Shown here: piece after piece, positions 25,184 to 37,549 of the stretch
How positions within the stretch are numbered: the stretch's first letter is position 1
Layout of the letters: each line of letters starts with the position of its first letter
Source of the DNA: Octopus bimaculoides
Taxonomy: Eukaryota
Assembly (NCBI RefSeq): GCF_001194135.2
Contig: NC_068982.1
Span: forward strand, 112,359,017 to 112,423,016
Direction: 5' to 3'
DNA: 64,000 nucleotides
The notes under the pieces: model-generated
The model's database searches: none
Told to the model about the DNA's origin: nothing
Seen by the model: only the letters and a program-made list of their open reading frames with translations
Program-made: the position numbers and the translations under genes

Positions 25184-25269
25184 GATGATGATGATGACAA
25201 CGACGACGACGATGACTTCAATGACGACGACTTCGAAGATGACCAAGACGACGACGACGATGATGATGA
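25184..25269. repeat. (GAT/GAC)n trinucleotide array
   Basis: Directly visible. Confidence 0.92.
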
Positions 25270-25349
25270 CACTTTCAAAAAATGAGCAGCAGAAAAAGAG
25301 CAATAACAACGAAGGTAGCAAAAGATTTATAACATATCCACAAGGCCAA

Positions 25350-25680
25350 TATAAGATTATAGGTTATCCTGTTTTATCTGATATAGAAGTGAAAGAGAAT
25401 GAGAAAGGAAAAACATTTCAAAGTATAAAAACTTGCTAGATAACCAAGAAAACTGCAGGACATGTGAGTGATATCATCTCGGTCGTTTTGAGAACATTGG
25501 GAACCATTATTAAAATAATTGTTCAAGACACTGCATACATGAGAATTGACAACGGTATTGATAGAGAAGTAGAAACGTTGTCAGCGACAATCCTTCGCAG
25601 AATAATGAGTATGGAGGAAATCTGTTGATGTCAAATCTCAAGACATGGCTCTGTTGACGTTATCAGCGAAGTAATCTGCA
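25350..25680 (+). mobile_element. Degraded C-terminus of an R4/Dong-type RLE LINE
   Basis: Across frameshifts: SDIEVKENE / ISKYKNL / DIISVVLRTLGTIIK...LSATILRRIMSMEEIC*, matching the PVVxGALGT and TARILR motifs of the 57-kb copies. Confidence 0.7.
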
Positions 25681-25782
25681 AATATTCCAGAAATTTATTG
25701 GGCTATAATAAATCGAAAACCAGAATTTTCCTTTTTTCCATTTACAATGAAACATGGGATCTGCTACTATTCTCATTTCCTT

Positions 25783-25942
25783 TGTTATTGTTGTTGTTAT
25801 TTGTTGTTGTTTTTGTTGCTGTTATTATTATTGTTGTTATTGCTATTGTTGTTATTGTTGTTATTATTATTATCATTGCTATTATTATTGCTATTGTTAT
25901 TATTATTATTGTCATTGTTATTATTATTGCTATTATTATTGC

Positions 25943-25988
<46 letters not shown>

Positions 25989-26063
25989 CTTCTTCTTCTT
26001 CTTCTTCTTCTTCTTCTTCTTCTTCTTCTTTTTCTCCTGATTATCATTATTATCATTATCATT
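25783..26063. repeat. Compound trinucleotide array (TTA/TTG mix, then TTG, TTC, ATT/ATC)
   Basis: Directly visible; source of the poly-I/V/L/C/N ORFs in the track. Confidence 0.97.
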
Positions 26064-26065
26064 AA

Positions 26066-26275
26066 GGCGGCAAGCTGGCAGAGTCATTAGCGTGCCGGGC
26101 ATGCTTCTTAGCGGCATGTCGTCTGTCTTTTCGTTCTGAGTTCAAATTCCGCCGAGATCAACTTTACCTTTCATCCTTTCAGAATCGACAAAATAAATAC
26201 TAGCTGAGCACTGGGGTCGATATAATTGACTTAGCTCCTCCCACCCACCTGAAATTGCTGGCCTTTGAAATCATA
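26066..26275 (+). mobile_element. SINE family A, full length
   Basis: GGCGGCAAGCTGGCAGAGTCATTAGC...TGAGTTCAAATTCCGCCGAGATCAACTTTACCTTTCATCCTTTC...GAAATTGCTGGCCTTTGAAATCAT. Confidence 0.9.
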
Positions 26276-26459
26276 ATAATAATTATTATTGTTGTTACTG
26301 TTTATGTCGGTATTGTTTGCTGATGCTGTTTTTTTGGCTGTTGTAGTTGTTTTTGTGGTTGCGGGCTATGCGATCGTTGGAATTTCTACGTTAGCTAAAT
26401 GTTAAAATCTGGTGGTGGGTAAGAGCGGGCCTCGAGCCTAATGTATTTGGTATTATAGA

Positions 26460-26640
26460 AAGTCAAAAGGCGTATTTGTTAGAGCTTGGTAAAATAAGCC
26501 TTACAGTATTTGTTCCGATACCTGAGTTCAACAACCCCAAAGTCTACTTTACCTTTCATCCTTCAGCTGACGATAATATGAAGGATCAATTAATAAATAA
26601 AATAACGAATCTAGTTCTGTACTGAAGTTAATATCATCTA
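26460..26640 (+). mobile_element. Highly degraded SINE family A fragment
   Basis: CTGAGTTCAAC...AAAGTCTACTTTACCTTTCATCCTTC matches the B-box and central domain. Confidence 0.5.
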
Positions 26641-27828
26641 GTATCCAACTATAGAAAATGTTGAGGAGCCGTCCATATGTTAGAAATCATTAGTATTTGG
26701 TATTGTATTTAACCTCCAAGTCATTTGTCTGTAATATCGAACTCAGTTCAACAATACATAATAAATACAATATGTTTATAACAATTTTTCTACCTGTACA
26801 TCACATGCTACATGACTTGATCTTATTGACTACAATACATTTTTTATTATGGAAAATTTTGTTTTGTTGTGGTACTTTTATTTTTACATTCCAAAAAGAA
26901 TGGTTCATAAAAATTGTAAATCTAGAGTTGAATATCATATTGCTGTCGGAGCAGTGGACAATATATGATCAATGGAAAACAAATAGAAAGGAGAGATTAA
27001 TTTCAATGCATCTCAATATGTTAAAGCACTATAGAATGAAATAAGGAACCATTCTTTTCTGAAAGCAACTTTGCAAATGTATTCATATGTAAATATTATT
27101 ACGTCTTTACTGTTGTCTTCTCTAAAACGGTCTTCCATTTCTTCGCAAATTCAACAAAACACAAACTGTGTATATTCTAGTAAGAGAAAATTCAATAATA
27201 TTGCTTTTGTAATTTGCTTTTTTCTTAAAAGATGTATAACAAGACAAATCTGATGTTTATTGATTATACAAGACATTAAACATGGGTTTGTGATCTGACT
27301 GTTATTTTGTACACAAGCAAGATGCGAAGCAATTAAATTATATCAGATGAAAGTTTATGCCTGACCTGAATTTAGGTTTTGTGGTTGTGTAGATAATTTA
27401 CTGAGTACATATATATTATGACCGATGTTGTGTTCTGTTTATTTTAAAGCTATAGTGATAAAGTATAACAAGGAACAACAGAAGAAAATACAAACCTAAG
27501 CATGATTTTTGCCTACTTCCAAACTATTTTAATTTCTACTTGTCTATGAATAAGAATCCATACAAGAGATCAATATGATTACAAATATGCCTTCAACACA
27601 ATGAAGCGAAGAACATATTCCTAATCTGATTTTACGTCAGTTATGTATCATTTATGTATCAATTCGATTAGAGAACTAATCTATAAAATTTATATATGCA
27701 TAACAAAGAAACAAAAAAAACCTGTTTCAACCAACTCAATAAGGTCAAAGAATACATAATGAATATTTCAACTGACTTGCATGATCCAAAATCTGTGCAT
27801 ATATGCTAGCATAATGCATATATGCATG

Positions 27829-27862
<34 letters not shown>

Positions 27863-28905
27863 CATATGTACGTGTGTATGTATGTATGTATGTAAGCATG
27901 TATGTATGTAATGCATAGAGACATACATACACACATACACACATTATACGAATATATACACAAATGCACACATATATGTATATATACATATATTATATAT
28001 TACTATGCAATTATATGTAGTGTTTATATCTGAATACTGTGACTTTCACTTGAATATTATTTTACGAATGGATCATATATAATATTTAAATTTTGAAGTT
28101 AGTAGGCAACGCTGCTTAATTCAATGTTTTGTATTTTGAATTTATTATGCCATTGCAAGAATTAGAAAGAAAGATTCCCTTTCACTTGTTAACTTAAAAT
28201 ATCATTGTTCTGATTCGAGTAAGGAAACTCTGATTCTGGATTGTGTTTTATATATCACCTTAAAATTATTAGGAATTGACCATTTTAATGGTTGACTTGA
28301 AAATATTCAGTTATTGTGTGAGATTTCAATCATCTATTCTTTTGTCGACCGAATTGGCATTCAATCATTCTGGATATATTTATCTACTAATCATGTGATT
28401 GCACGTAAACAGGCATTGCAGAAAATTTCATCTTCGATATACATTATGAATGAACTTCAAGTGAAGAAATCAAATATAACATTATCTAAATAACATATGC
28501 ATTCTATTTAAAAATGTATATACTCTTGAGAACAGTAAGCAAATATGAAATCATAACTGAATTAGAGAAAGTAAATATATCTTACCCTCTTGTTCATATC
28601 TTAATTTCATATTTAGATTGTGAATAGTTTAAGTAGTTTTAAAAAGAAGACACACATAGTAAAAATGTGAGAACAAAAGAGGCGAGGAAGAAGTGCCATT
28701 AAAACTACATGCCAGAAAACAAACATATATTTAACAATCATAAGAACACAAATCAAGAGTATGCACATGAAAGTAACTGGATGTATGTGTGAATGGATGT
28801 AATAAATATATATATATATAATTCTTAACAATATTATTGAAAGTTTCGACCAGCTAAGCACTCGTCAGCCTGCGTTGCATTGCAGTTAATCTTGGCTTTA
28901 TATAG

Positions 28906-28949
28906 TCTTTACTGAGACTATGGAATTGTTTAAGGAGCCACAAAATAAT
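28906..28949 (+). CDS. Candidate internal exon (FTETMELFKEPQNN)
   Basis: ttaatcttggctttatatag acceptor and AAT|gtaagt donor; two frames are open, so the phase is uncertain. Confidence 0.3.
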
Positions 28950-29780
28950 GTAAGTGGTATGTTCTATGTGGAGAGGTATTAAGGTCGTTGGTCAGTATGG
29001 TTCCCTCTAGTGGTTCATTTGTTTTATAAGCAATTTGATTAATATGTAGTAATAACTCCACCCTCCAAATACAAACATGAAATGCCTTAAATAGCAACAA
29101 AAACAAGTGAACTGATCAGCTAAAACATACTAGCAACTTACATTATTTTGTGAACCCTTTAAAAGATTCCATCACAAAAACACAATTACTAAATTTTTGG
29201 ATATAGACAAAATTTTAAAACTTTGGCCTTAACATTGTCAAAGGAAAGGCTTAAATCCAATAAAACCAAAAATAACTAACACTACGGGCACATCCTCTGA
29301 TCAAAAACGCTTCTCATACCTACCTACATCTTTTTTTTTTTTGTGAATCTCTAAAAAGCAATTGCATACACTGAAACGGGCGGACCTAAATATACACACC
29401 TGCTTACAAACTTCTACGTGCATGAATAAATTTCAAAACAAAAATATAACCCTAAATTTAATCAATAAATATTTCTCTGAAACACCTTTCCATCATAGCC
29501 CACTCTAAAACCTAATTACGACCATACGCAAAACTACATACCCAAGGATGATTTTAACTCAACAGAGGCTATATAAATCCAAGATTAACTTCAATGCATC
29601 GCAGTCCGAAGGTGGTGAAGCTTGTCGGAACTTTGAAGTCACTGTCAATAATATTCTTGTTTAAGAATAATAAATTTGTACCCTACAATAGTTTACAGTT
29701 ACCCTTCAGATTAATGTAAGATGTTTTTCATTATAACTGAACATAAAAACAGACATTAATATCTATACATATGTGCATAC

Positions 29781-29812
<32 letters not shown>

Positions 29813-29859
29813 GTGCGTGCGTGCATGTGTGTGTATGTACGTATTTACATATGTATTTG

Positions 29860-29893
<34 letters not shown>

Positions 29894-29993
29894 GCATGTA
29901 TATACACTGACACACATATATATTATGTATACGTATAAGTATATATGAGTGTTTGTGCGTGTGTGCATATGTATGTACATCCATCTATCTAAC

Positions 29994-30033
<40 letters not shown>

Positions 30034-30640
30034 GCAGGAGCCGCCAGAATTAGAGATAAAGAGAAATGACGAAACCGACCGAATGTGGAAGAAGTGCAAG
30101 AAAGTTCAAGACAGAGAAGAAAATGAAAAGAGAAAATGGGAGTGATTGTGTTATAGAATGATGGAGTGAATGAAATATATAACAGCTAATGTGATAGATA
30201 ATGTGAACAGAATAGTTTGTTTCTGATGCATATATAGCATCTCTGGTGAATCCAATCTATCTAAAATAATACATATCAAAAAGAATATAAGTAACGCCTG
30301 TGGAAACGTAAGCACGATGTTGTTTAGTTGAGGACTTTCGCTCGTCGTATCACAAGCTTTTTGCCATAAACTTGCAACAATATTGACGTTAAAAGCGTTT
30401 TAAAAGCATTGGCTTTTGATGCAACCGGGGAGAGGCTAAAACTGTCAGACTTTTCACTCGTTACAACTCCTTCACACTCAGTAGATCTGTTTATGTACTA
30501 CAGTGCAGGTACGCACATAAATGAATAACTGTGAAACAGATAAACGGCATTATTGGTGTAATATTGGTGAATTGGTGAGAGCAGACGTGATTGCAAAAAT
30601 TGCAAAATGTCATAAGACTCATTGTAAAAGAAGTAATATA

Positions 30641-30697
<57 letters not shown>

Positions 30698-30896
30698 CTA
30701 TAGATATATAGATAGATATGCACAAACACACATATATATATACATATATACATATAATACATATAAAGTGTGTTAGATAGTGTGAGGCTGTGTGTATGTA
30801 ACTTTAAAACGGGTTTGATTAGAAAAACAATAGTGTTCTTTGATTATTATTAATGGTTGCATTCTGTTTTAAGATAATAATTTGGCATTACATTAG

Positions 30897-31336
30897 AATA
30901 CAAAATATGATATAAACGATATTCTAAAACATATTGAAGTGGTAAAATTAAATAATTTTGACGATAAATTTTCCAAGGTACAGTGAAAAACAGTTTTCAG
31001 TATGTCAGCATTTTAACTGATTGAGGTATGTTATTTCTTGGAGGTATATAATATAATTTCAACGGAAACACAATATAACATACGTTATAAAAGGATTACT
31101 AGTGTGGATTCAACGAAAACTATATTAACAGACACTGCATGTAAAGAAAATTATAAGACATATTTTGGAAATTCATGTTAATTTCGTTAATGTCGTTTCG
31201 TTGATTGTGAAAATGTAGACTGGAGATTAATTTTTCTCATTATAAGAATTTCCTATATCTACCAGCGGAGTTAAATGAAACAATATGGATAGGCATGTAT
31301 AAGACAAATGAAAATCATTTTTATATATTTTATACT
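30897..31336 (+). CDS. Candidate exon cluster 30897-30977, 31044-31140, 31266-31336, or a C-type-lectin-like pseudo-exon
   Basis: Splicing at GT-AG pairs removes the in-frame stops and gives NTKYDINDILKHIEVVKLNNFDDKFSK|VYNIISTETQYNIRYKRITSVDSTKTILTDTA|SELNETIWIGMYKTNENHFYIFYT; the implied introns (66 and 125 nt) are short. Confidence 0.3.
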
Positions 31337-33984
31337 GTAAATATAGTCACGTTTTTATAATATACATATTTCGGAAATTAGCATAATTCAATATTGAAAT
31401 GTATTTAGGAACTATTTCAATCTATTTCAATTATAAGTTTATTCGAATTGAATATATTAAAACATATGTCAATGACAAATCAGTATCGTTTTACTTTAAC
31501 TTTAGAAACTATAAACTTCATATTCTTCTCTATATCGATTGATAGGCGCATACGAAATGGAATTACAGCAAGTTAGGGCGAGATAACGTATTCAGATATA
31601 ATATATTTAAAACATCTCTAATGTTATTTTTGATACTTTTGTAAGAAATTGCTTTTTAAAACAAAGTATGCTACCGAGATTTATCTTGGCCTAATTTTTC
31701 ATGAGTTGTTCTACCATTGATCTTCAATTTTATTAAAATAAATAATTATCATAAATAATTCAATTTGTTACACCTATTAGCCAATCATCTTTCTTAAACT
31801 TATATTCACGTAGACACTTCCATTTAATTATATTTCGACTATTTATTCCATCAAAACTTAATTTAGTTTTATAAAATATTCATAAATTTCTCTCTAAAAC
31901 TTGTTCCAATCGACTACTCTCGAGCGTATACTTTCTGAATTTTAACCGCGGATTACCACATTTAAAAAAAAATTGTATCTATTTACTTAAAATGTACATA
32001 TTCTAATTTTCTCAAATTCTGAAACATCAAGAATAATACACTTTGTCTCAGAACATTCTGTCATTTCTCCACGCAACTGTTATTATCAGTTCTCTTGTTT
32101 CTTGCTTTTTCTAATGACAAAATGAACAAAGCGAATTACAAAATTCATGTAGATCTCATAGAAAATCTGTTTAGAAATTGAATTTATTGAAATAGAAAAT
32201 ATATATTTGTGATCAATGTTTAATGAAGCATTTTCTGATCATAGCACTATATGCACACACGCGCGCGCGCACACACGCGCGCGCGCACACACGCATGTGT
32301 GTGTGCTTATGTGTTTGCTTGTGTATGTGTACTTGTGTGTGTGTATGTGTGATAAGGAAGATACGTTCAAATACTTTAACAAAATATTACCCAATTTATA
32401 GTTTTATGCCTTCACCATGTAACGAGTCAGGAATTAGAATATTTATTAATATTTCCGTAGATATTAACGCTTGTAATCTCAATAGTCTAGAATAATTTGT
32501 AAATGTAAGGTAACGTGTTCGGAAACACGCAAGATATATCTGGTTCGGTGTGTCTAGGAATGATGGAACTACTGACTAAAACGTCGCATATTTTTGTATC
32601 CTTCTGTCATCACACAACTCAATATCTACCCACCAGTATCTTTACAAAAACACAGTTTCATTGTCATATACGCTTTCTCTACTGACACATCAAACTGCGT
32701 GGGGTCGTAAGCCCACTGAGTATCACTGAGTAAACTGAATCACAGTATGGACTTCAAAGCGCTTAACAAACAAATAAGCTTAATTCGATAGAAATCACTT
32801 AAAAAGACGAAGTGGAAAATAGCCCTGGATTCAAGTATCATGCATACGCATGCATCCTATGGATGGAGCTTATACAAACTTAGAGGTGCTGTTATATTGA
32901 GAAGTCATTTTATGCAGCATAGAACGAGTTTTATATGGGTTACAGTCTTCCAACATCAAAAATTAAAAGTAAAGAGGAAATGAAATGTAGAGATCATCTT
33001 GAGCGTTGAAGGAAATCGATAAACAGATCTGAATTAGCAACCATCTCACGTTTTCTTGGCGGTCTAGTTTACAACAGTCATTTGAACATGTACTGTGATG
33101 TACGAACCAATGATCTTCAGTCGTGATGCCTTGTTAAAATTCCTTATTAATCATTTCAAGTATTCCTAACCATTACATTTGTCCCTAATATAAATCTCAA
33201 CAGTTCCCATAAATAGTCCTTTGCTTTTTCTTTCATTTGTTATACCTCTCTCAATTTTTGTTCTCTTTTGCATTCCCTCCCTTTCTCTCTCTCTCCTTTT
33301 CTCTTTTTATCCATCGATCTAGCTTTTTTCGTGTTGAGTTCGGGCTTTGATGAATTAATCCGGCCTGGGAGGTAAAGTATCAACGTCTCGTGTTTTTGAT
33401 TCCAGTGGTGATAAAGGATTTATATCCTGTTTGGCTACGACGCTGTTATTGAAATATTACAGGACTTAAAAGAATTGTTAACTGCTTTTAATTAATGTTC
33501 TAATATCATAATTACCATTAGTTATAGCTATTAACTGTATGCCATTGATTCATATCTTTTTAATTCCCCATATTAATGTTATTGATTTATAATTCAATAT
33601 ATAAGAAAGGCTTTGTTGGGAAATGTATATATCTTTAGTAGTAAATATATATAATTTCACTAAATAGCTCTTATCGAAATATATGATCATGTGAAATATT
33701 AAGAAATAGAGTTCTCTGGGAATATCATTAGAGATATAAATTGCAAATAACTTCAATCATCTTTGATATATATTTACGAATATTCTTTATGAAAGACTTT
33801 CTGAATGTTGTATTTTCCAATATAATATGTGTATTAATTTTTGCATGTCATATATATATATATATATATATACATATATGCATGAATTTTACCGTTGCAT
33901 ACCAAAAATTAGAAAGAAAAAAAAGCTGAACCACAGAGAAATCGATAAATACTAGCTTTCTACAAGTGGATATATAGGATAATA

Positions 33985-34026
33985 CACACATACACACACA
34001 AACACACACACTCACACACACACACA

Positions 34027-34066
<40 letters not shown>

Positions 34067-34206
34067 CAAGGTGGGCCAAAACTTTCAACGTCTAATAAGT
34101 TCTGAAAATTGTGTTTTAAATTTACAATACCCCAGTATCATGTACATGCATACATACGTGCATACACACACACGCACGCACACACGCACACGCACGCACA
34201 CACACA

Positions 34207-34240
<34 letters not shown>
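33985..34240. repeat. Two (CA)n arrays
   Basis: Directly visible at ~33985-34060 and ~34160-34240. Confidence 0.92.
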
Positions 34241-34450
34241 TCCTGATATTCTTTTTTCTCTTCTATTTTTCTATTATATTTATTCTGTAACCTTTCAAAA
34301 TTTTTCCCGGGCGTTACCCATTACAATTCATCTTTGTCTAATGGCCCTAAACGCCTGTCTTCGTCGATCAATTCCTTACGCCCACTCTGGTGTCGTTTGT
34401 CCGTTCGAAGTCCTAACTGCCCACAAATTTTGTATTTTTCAAATTTCTGG
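34064..34450. mobile_element. Possible Tc1/mariner remnant (TIR-like start plus HTH-like fragment on the minus strand)
   Basis: TA-CAAGGTGGGCCAAAA resembles TA-CAGGGTG TIRs; minus strand TDKRHQSGRK and AFRAIRQR resemble the D..RSGRP region; no matching second TIR found. Confidence 0.25.
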
Positions 34451-34651
34451 ATGCTGCTGTCTTATGAAGTCTTTCTGTCTTGTTAAAATCATGAAGCTGG
34501 TAGTAATAAGCAGTAAACAACTGAGCAGGAGTTAGACTTGTTTTGGTATTTTCCCTGTACTTGTGTCTTGTGTGTTTACGTATTTTTCGCTCGTTGGTGA
34601 TGTCCTCTGCTTATTGTGTGCTTTTTTCATTTTTATTATTATTATTATTAT

Positions 34652-34724
<73 letters not shown>

Positions 34725-35587
34725 GTGTGTGACCTTTCACCGTCATTGCTATTTGGAAAGCTTTATATTACTTTGCTTCTTGATAAACGCCTTTAAAAAT
34801 GAAATGCACGTATCTAATATGAGTAGAGCACAAAGTTTATGGCGTTTACTCTTCGAGCATCTTTCATTTATAGCGATAAAAGTTTCCAATTTCTGTTGGC
34901 TAAAATATTAAACTTGAATGGTTGTTTCAAATAGATTTATTATGGAGCAACATATGGGTTTTTTTTTTTATCTTCGAAATGATTTTATTCAGTCCAATGG
35001 TGTTATGTTTATAGATCAGTTGTACTCCGATAAATTTGTATCTAAGGAATATTTAGTTGGCATAATTTTTGTTCACAGAAAGTAATGTTTAACAGTAAAT
35101 ATGTTCTCAAACTATTAACTTGATAACACAACAATTATTCATTAAGCACTTTATAGGGTTTAAACACTGGTACGATCAGATAGAAAGGTATAGACATAAA
35201 TGCGTAATAATTTTACTATTAACATTTTCTATTTATGTACCCTGATATTGAAAATGTTATTTTGCTTTCGGAAAATATTTATCTAAAAAGTTTAAAGAGT
35301 ATTTCGTGACAGCTATATTTACATTAATGATGAACAAAGTACGAAACCAAATATATTTTTCCTTCCCGTCTCTGAGATTAGCTATGATTATTAGCTACCT
35401 ATATACTTTTAAGAATTCGGTGCTTAAAACTTTATTATAAGTAGGGCATATCTGATGAATTACAAGGTAACTGTTTAATAGCATGCTGTATTAAATTATT
35501 TATGATAACAGGCGGATATTTTGAAGAAATATTTCTGTTAACTTCTTATTTGGCTCTGTAAACGAATAGTCTATTGATATTTAATAT

Positions 35588-35803
35588 TCATTTCTACTCT
35601 GGCCACAAAGCCTTGAAAATGTTTGGAGGAAGGCGTTATTTCGCCCGTCGCTACGTTCTGAGTTCAAATTCCGCCTAGGTTGATTTTGCCTTTCATCTTT
35701 TCGAGGTCGATAAATTAAATACCAGTTGTACACTGGAGACAATGTAGTCGACACATCCCCTCCCCCAAAATGGCTGCCCTTGTGGAAAAATTTGAAACCA
35801 ATA
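35588..35803 (+). mobile_element. SINE family A copy with head deletion (35630-35803), abutting the 3' tail of a minus-strand copy (35588-35629)
   Basis: AAGGCG joined directly to TATTTCGCCCGTCGCTACGTTCTGAGTTCAAATTCCGCC; upstream TTTCTACTCTGGCCACAAAGCCTTGAAAAT is the reverse complement of the TAGAAA-type tail. Confidence 0.85.
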
Positions 35804-35937
35804 CTAGGGTGGATCTAAGCAATTAAGTTGCGATAAAAAGTAAATCTTTAATTGTAAACATTTTTCTGAGAATATCTAAACTGTTCCGCATTCATATTAA
35901 GGTCGTCACTAATGAATTCGTCATTTCATATACATCT

Positions 35938-35998
35938 CCAAGGCGGTAGCCCAGCATGGCCGCAGTTCAATGACTGAAACTAGTAAAAGATAAAAGAT
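35938..35998 (+). mobile_element. 3' tail of SINE family C
   Basis: AAGGCGGTAGCCCAGCATGGCCGCAGTTCAATGACTGAAACTAGTAAAAGA, nearly identical to 50840-50885. Confidence 0.7.
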
Positions 35999-36265
35999 TA
36001 TGTAATAGATATGTAATATAAAACCCAATAAGTTCATGGATTTCCTCTGAATCTAGGCTACATCAGAATAGCAACGTTCTTCTTTAACCATATAATATTA
36101 TCGAAAGAAAACGATGGACTTGCTTGCTTGTATGATCAGAATATTTTAGTTGAATAAAATTAATGAAGTGATTCTTAGAGTAAATGTTTAACTATTCAGC
36201 GATAATATCTAATAATAACAAACGGTAAATTCATAAAAATACTTCGTAGTATTGGACTAATTGAC

Positions 36266-36480
36266 AATCCTTTCTACTAAAGCGCAAGGTTTGAATGTAT
36301 TTCGAAGGGGACTAGCTGATTACATCGACCCCAGTGTTTGACTGGTAGTTAATTTATCGACTCGGAAAGGATGAAAGGCAAAGTCAACCCCGGCAGAATG
36401 TTAACTCAGGACGTAAAGACGGCCAAAATGCCGTTAAGCATTTCGCCCGGCGTGCTAACGATTCTGTCAGCCTGCCGCCC
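36266..36480 (-). mobile_element. SINE family A, full length
   Basis: AATCCTTTCTACTAAAGCGCAAGG...GAAAGGATGAAAGGCAAAGTCAACC...GCTAACGATTCTGTCAGCCTGCCGCC. Confidence 0.92.
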
Positions 36481-36605
36481 TACTGAATTACTGTTATTGT
36501 CTGTTTGCTATATTTGGAGGATATTAGTCTCTAACATACATTTTTCTGTACAGTTAACACGCTTTTGGGTAAATTTAATAACCTATGAAAGGGATTATTA
36601 TTGTA

Positions 36606-36815
36606 GGCGGTAAGCTGGGCGAATCCTTAGCAAGCCGAACAAAAATGGCTAGCGATATTTCTTCCTGTTTTATGTTCTGAATTGAAATTCTGCTGAAGTC
36701 GACTTTGCCTTCCGTCCTTTCAGGGTCGATAAATAAGTATCACTTTGGGCACTGGGTGTGATTTAATCGATTTGCACCCACCCCAAACTTTCGAGTATTG
36801 TGCCTATAGTCGAAA
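36606..36815 (+). mobile_element. SINE family A, full length, with degenerate TSD
   Basis: Colinear with the family consensus; flanks GGATTATTATTGTA (36592-36605) and GGATTATTATCTATA (36816-36830). Confidence 0.9.
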
Positions 36816-37465
36816 GGATTATTATCTATAGCGTTGTGGTAATTAAACTTAATGTAATTTCTTCGTGCAGTTAAATATTTAACGCTCTTATGTATTTTAA
36901 CTCGATACTATTTGCTTAGCGTCACACGGTTTTTCATATACAATCTGCATATATATCTATGTACGAGCACACATATGTGCATATATACATACCAATATAA
37001 TATTATTCTTTTATATTCTGGACACACAGAAATATTTACGCTTGTACATATATGCATAGTTCGCAATGACACATACGTGCACACATATATCTCTATATAT
37101 TAGTGTGAGCATGTATGTGAGTGTGTGAATGTATGCTTGTTTGTGTATGTGTAAAGAAGCATTTTAGTTTAAAGTTTCATTTAAAAATAAAATATTACAC
37201 ATTTAGAAATATTCTATAAACGTTTGAAAGAAAGCTAAAGAAAAATGACTTGAGAGCCAGTAAGGGGATTGAAAGTGATTGAGAAGAATCAATAAATATA
37301 ATAGAACAAGTTAAATAAGTAAAATCTAAATAAAGAACATATCATAGAAAACAATGCGATCAATAATAAAATAAAAGATATTCTTAAAATATTGACCGGA
37401 AAATGGAAAAGTAAATTATTTCCCTCGGAAAGTGATATTTTTTCGGATTTCTTGCTCTTCTTCAG

Positions 37466-37549
37466 ATTTAAGCCTATTTATAAAGAATATACCGAGACAA
37501 AAAAATATTTCAAAATAAGTCACAGCAAAATGCAGATGTGTTTTGAATG
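37466..37549 (+). CDS. Candidate symmetric phase-2 exon (FKPIYKEYTETKKYFKISHSKMQMCFE)
   Basis: Strong acceptor ttcttgctcttcttcag; 84 nt; lies within the 87-aa ORF 37392-37655; donor TG|gtatca is weak. Confidence 0.3.

Noticed and set aside
26697-27044. 115-aa ORF and a CTL-like reading (NCKSR..YHIAV) in an adjacent frame
   Set aside because: Composition is typical of random AT-rich ORFs, and the motif match needs several frameshifts and stops
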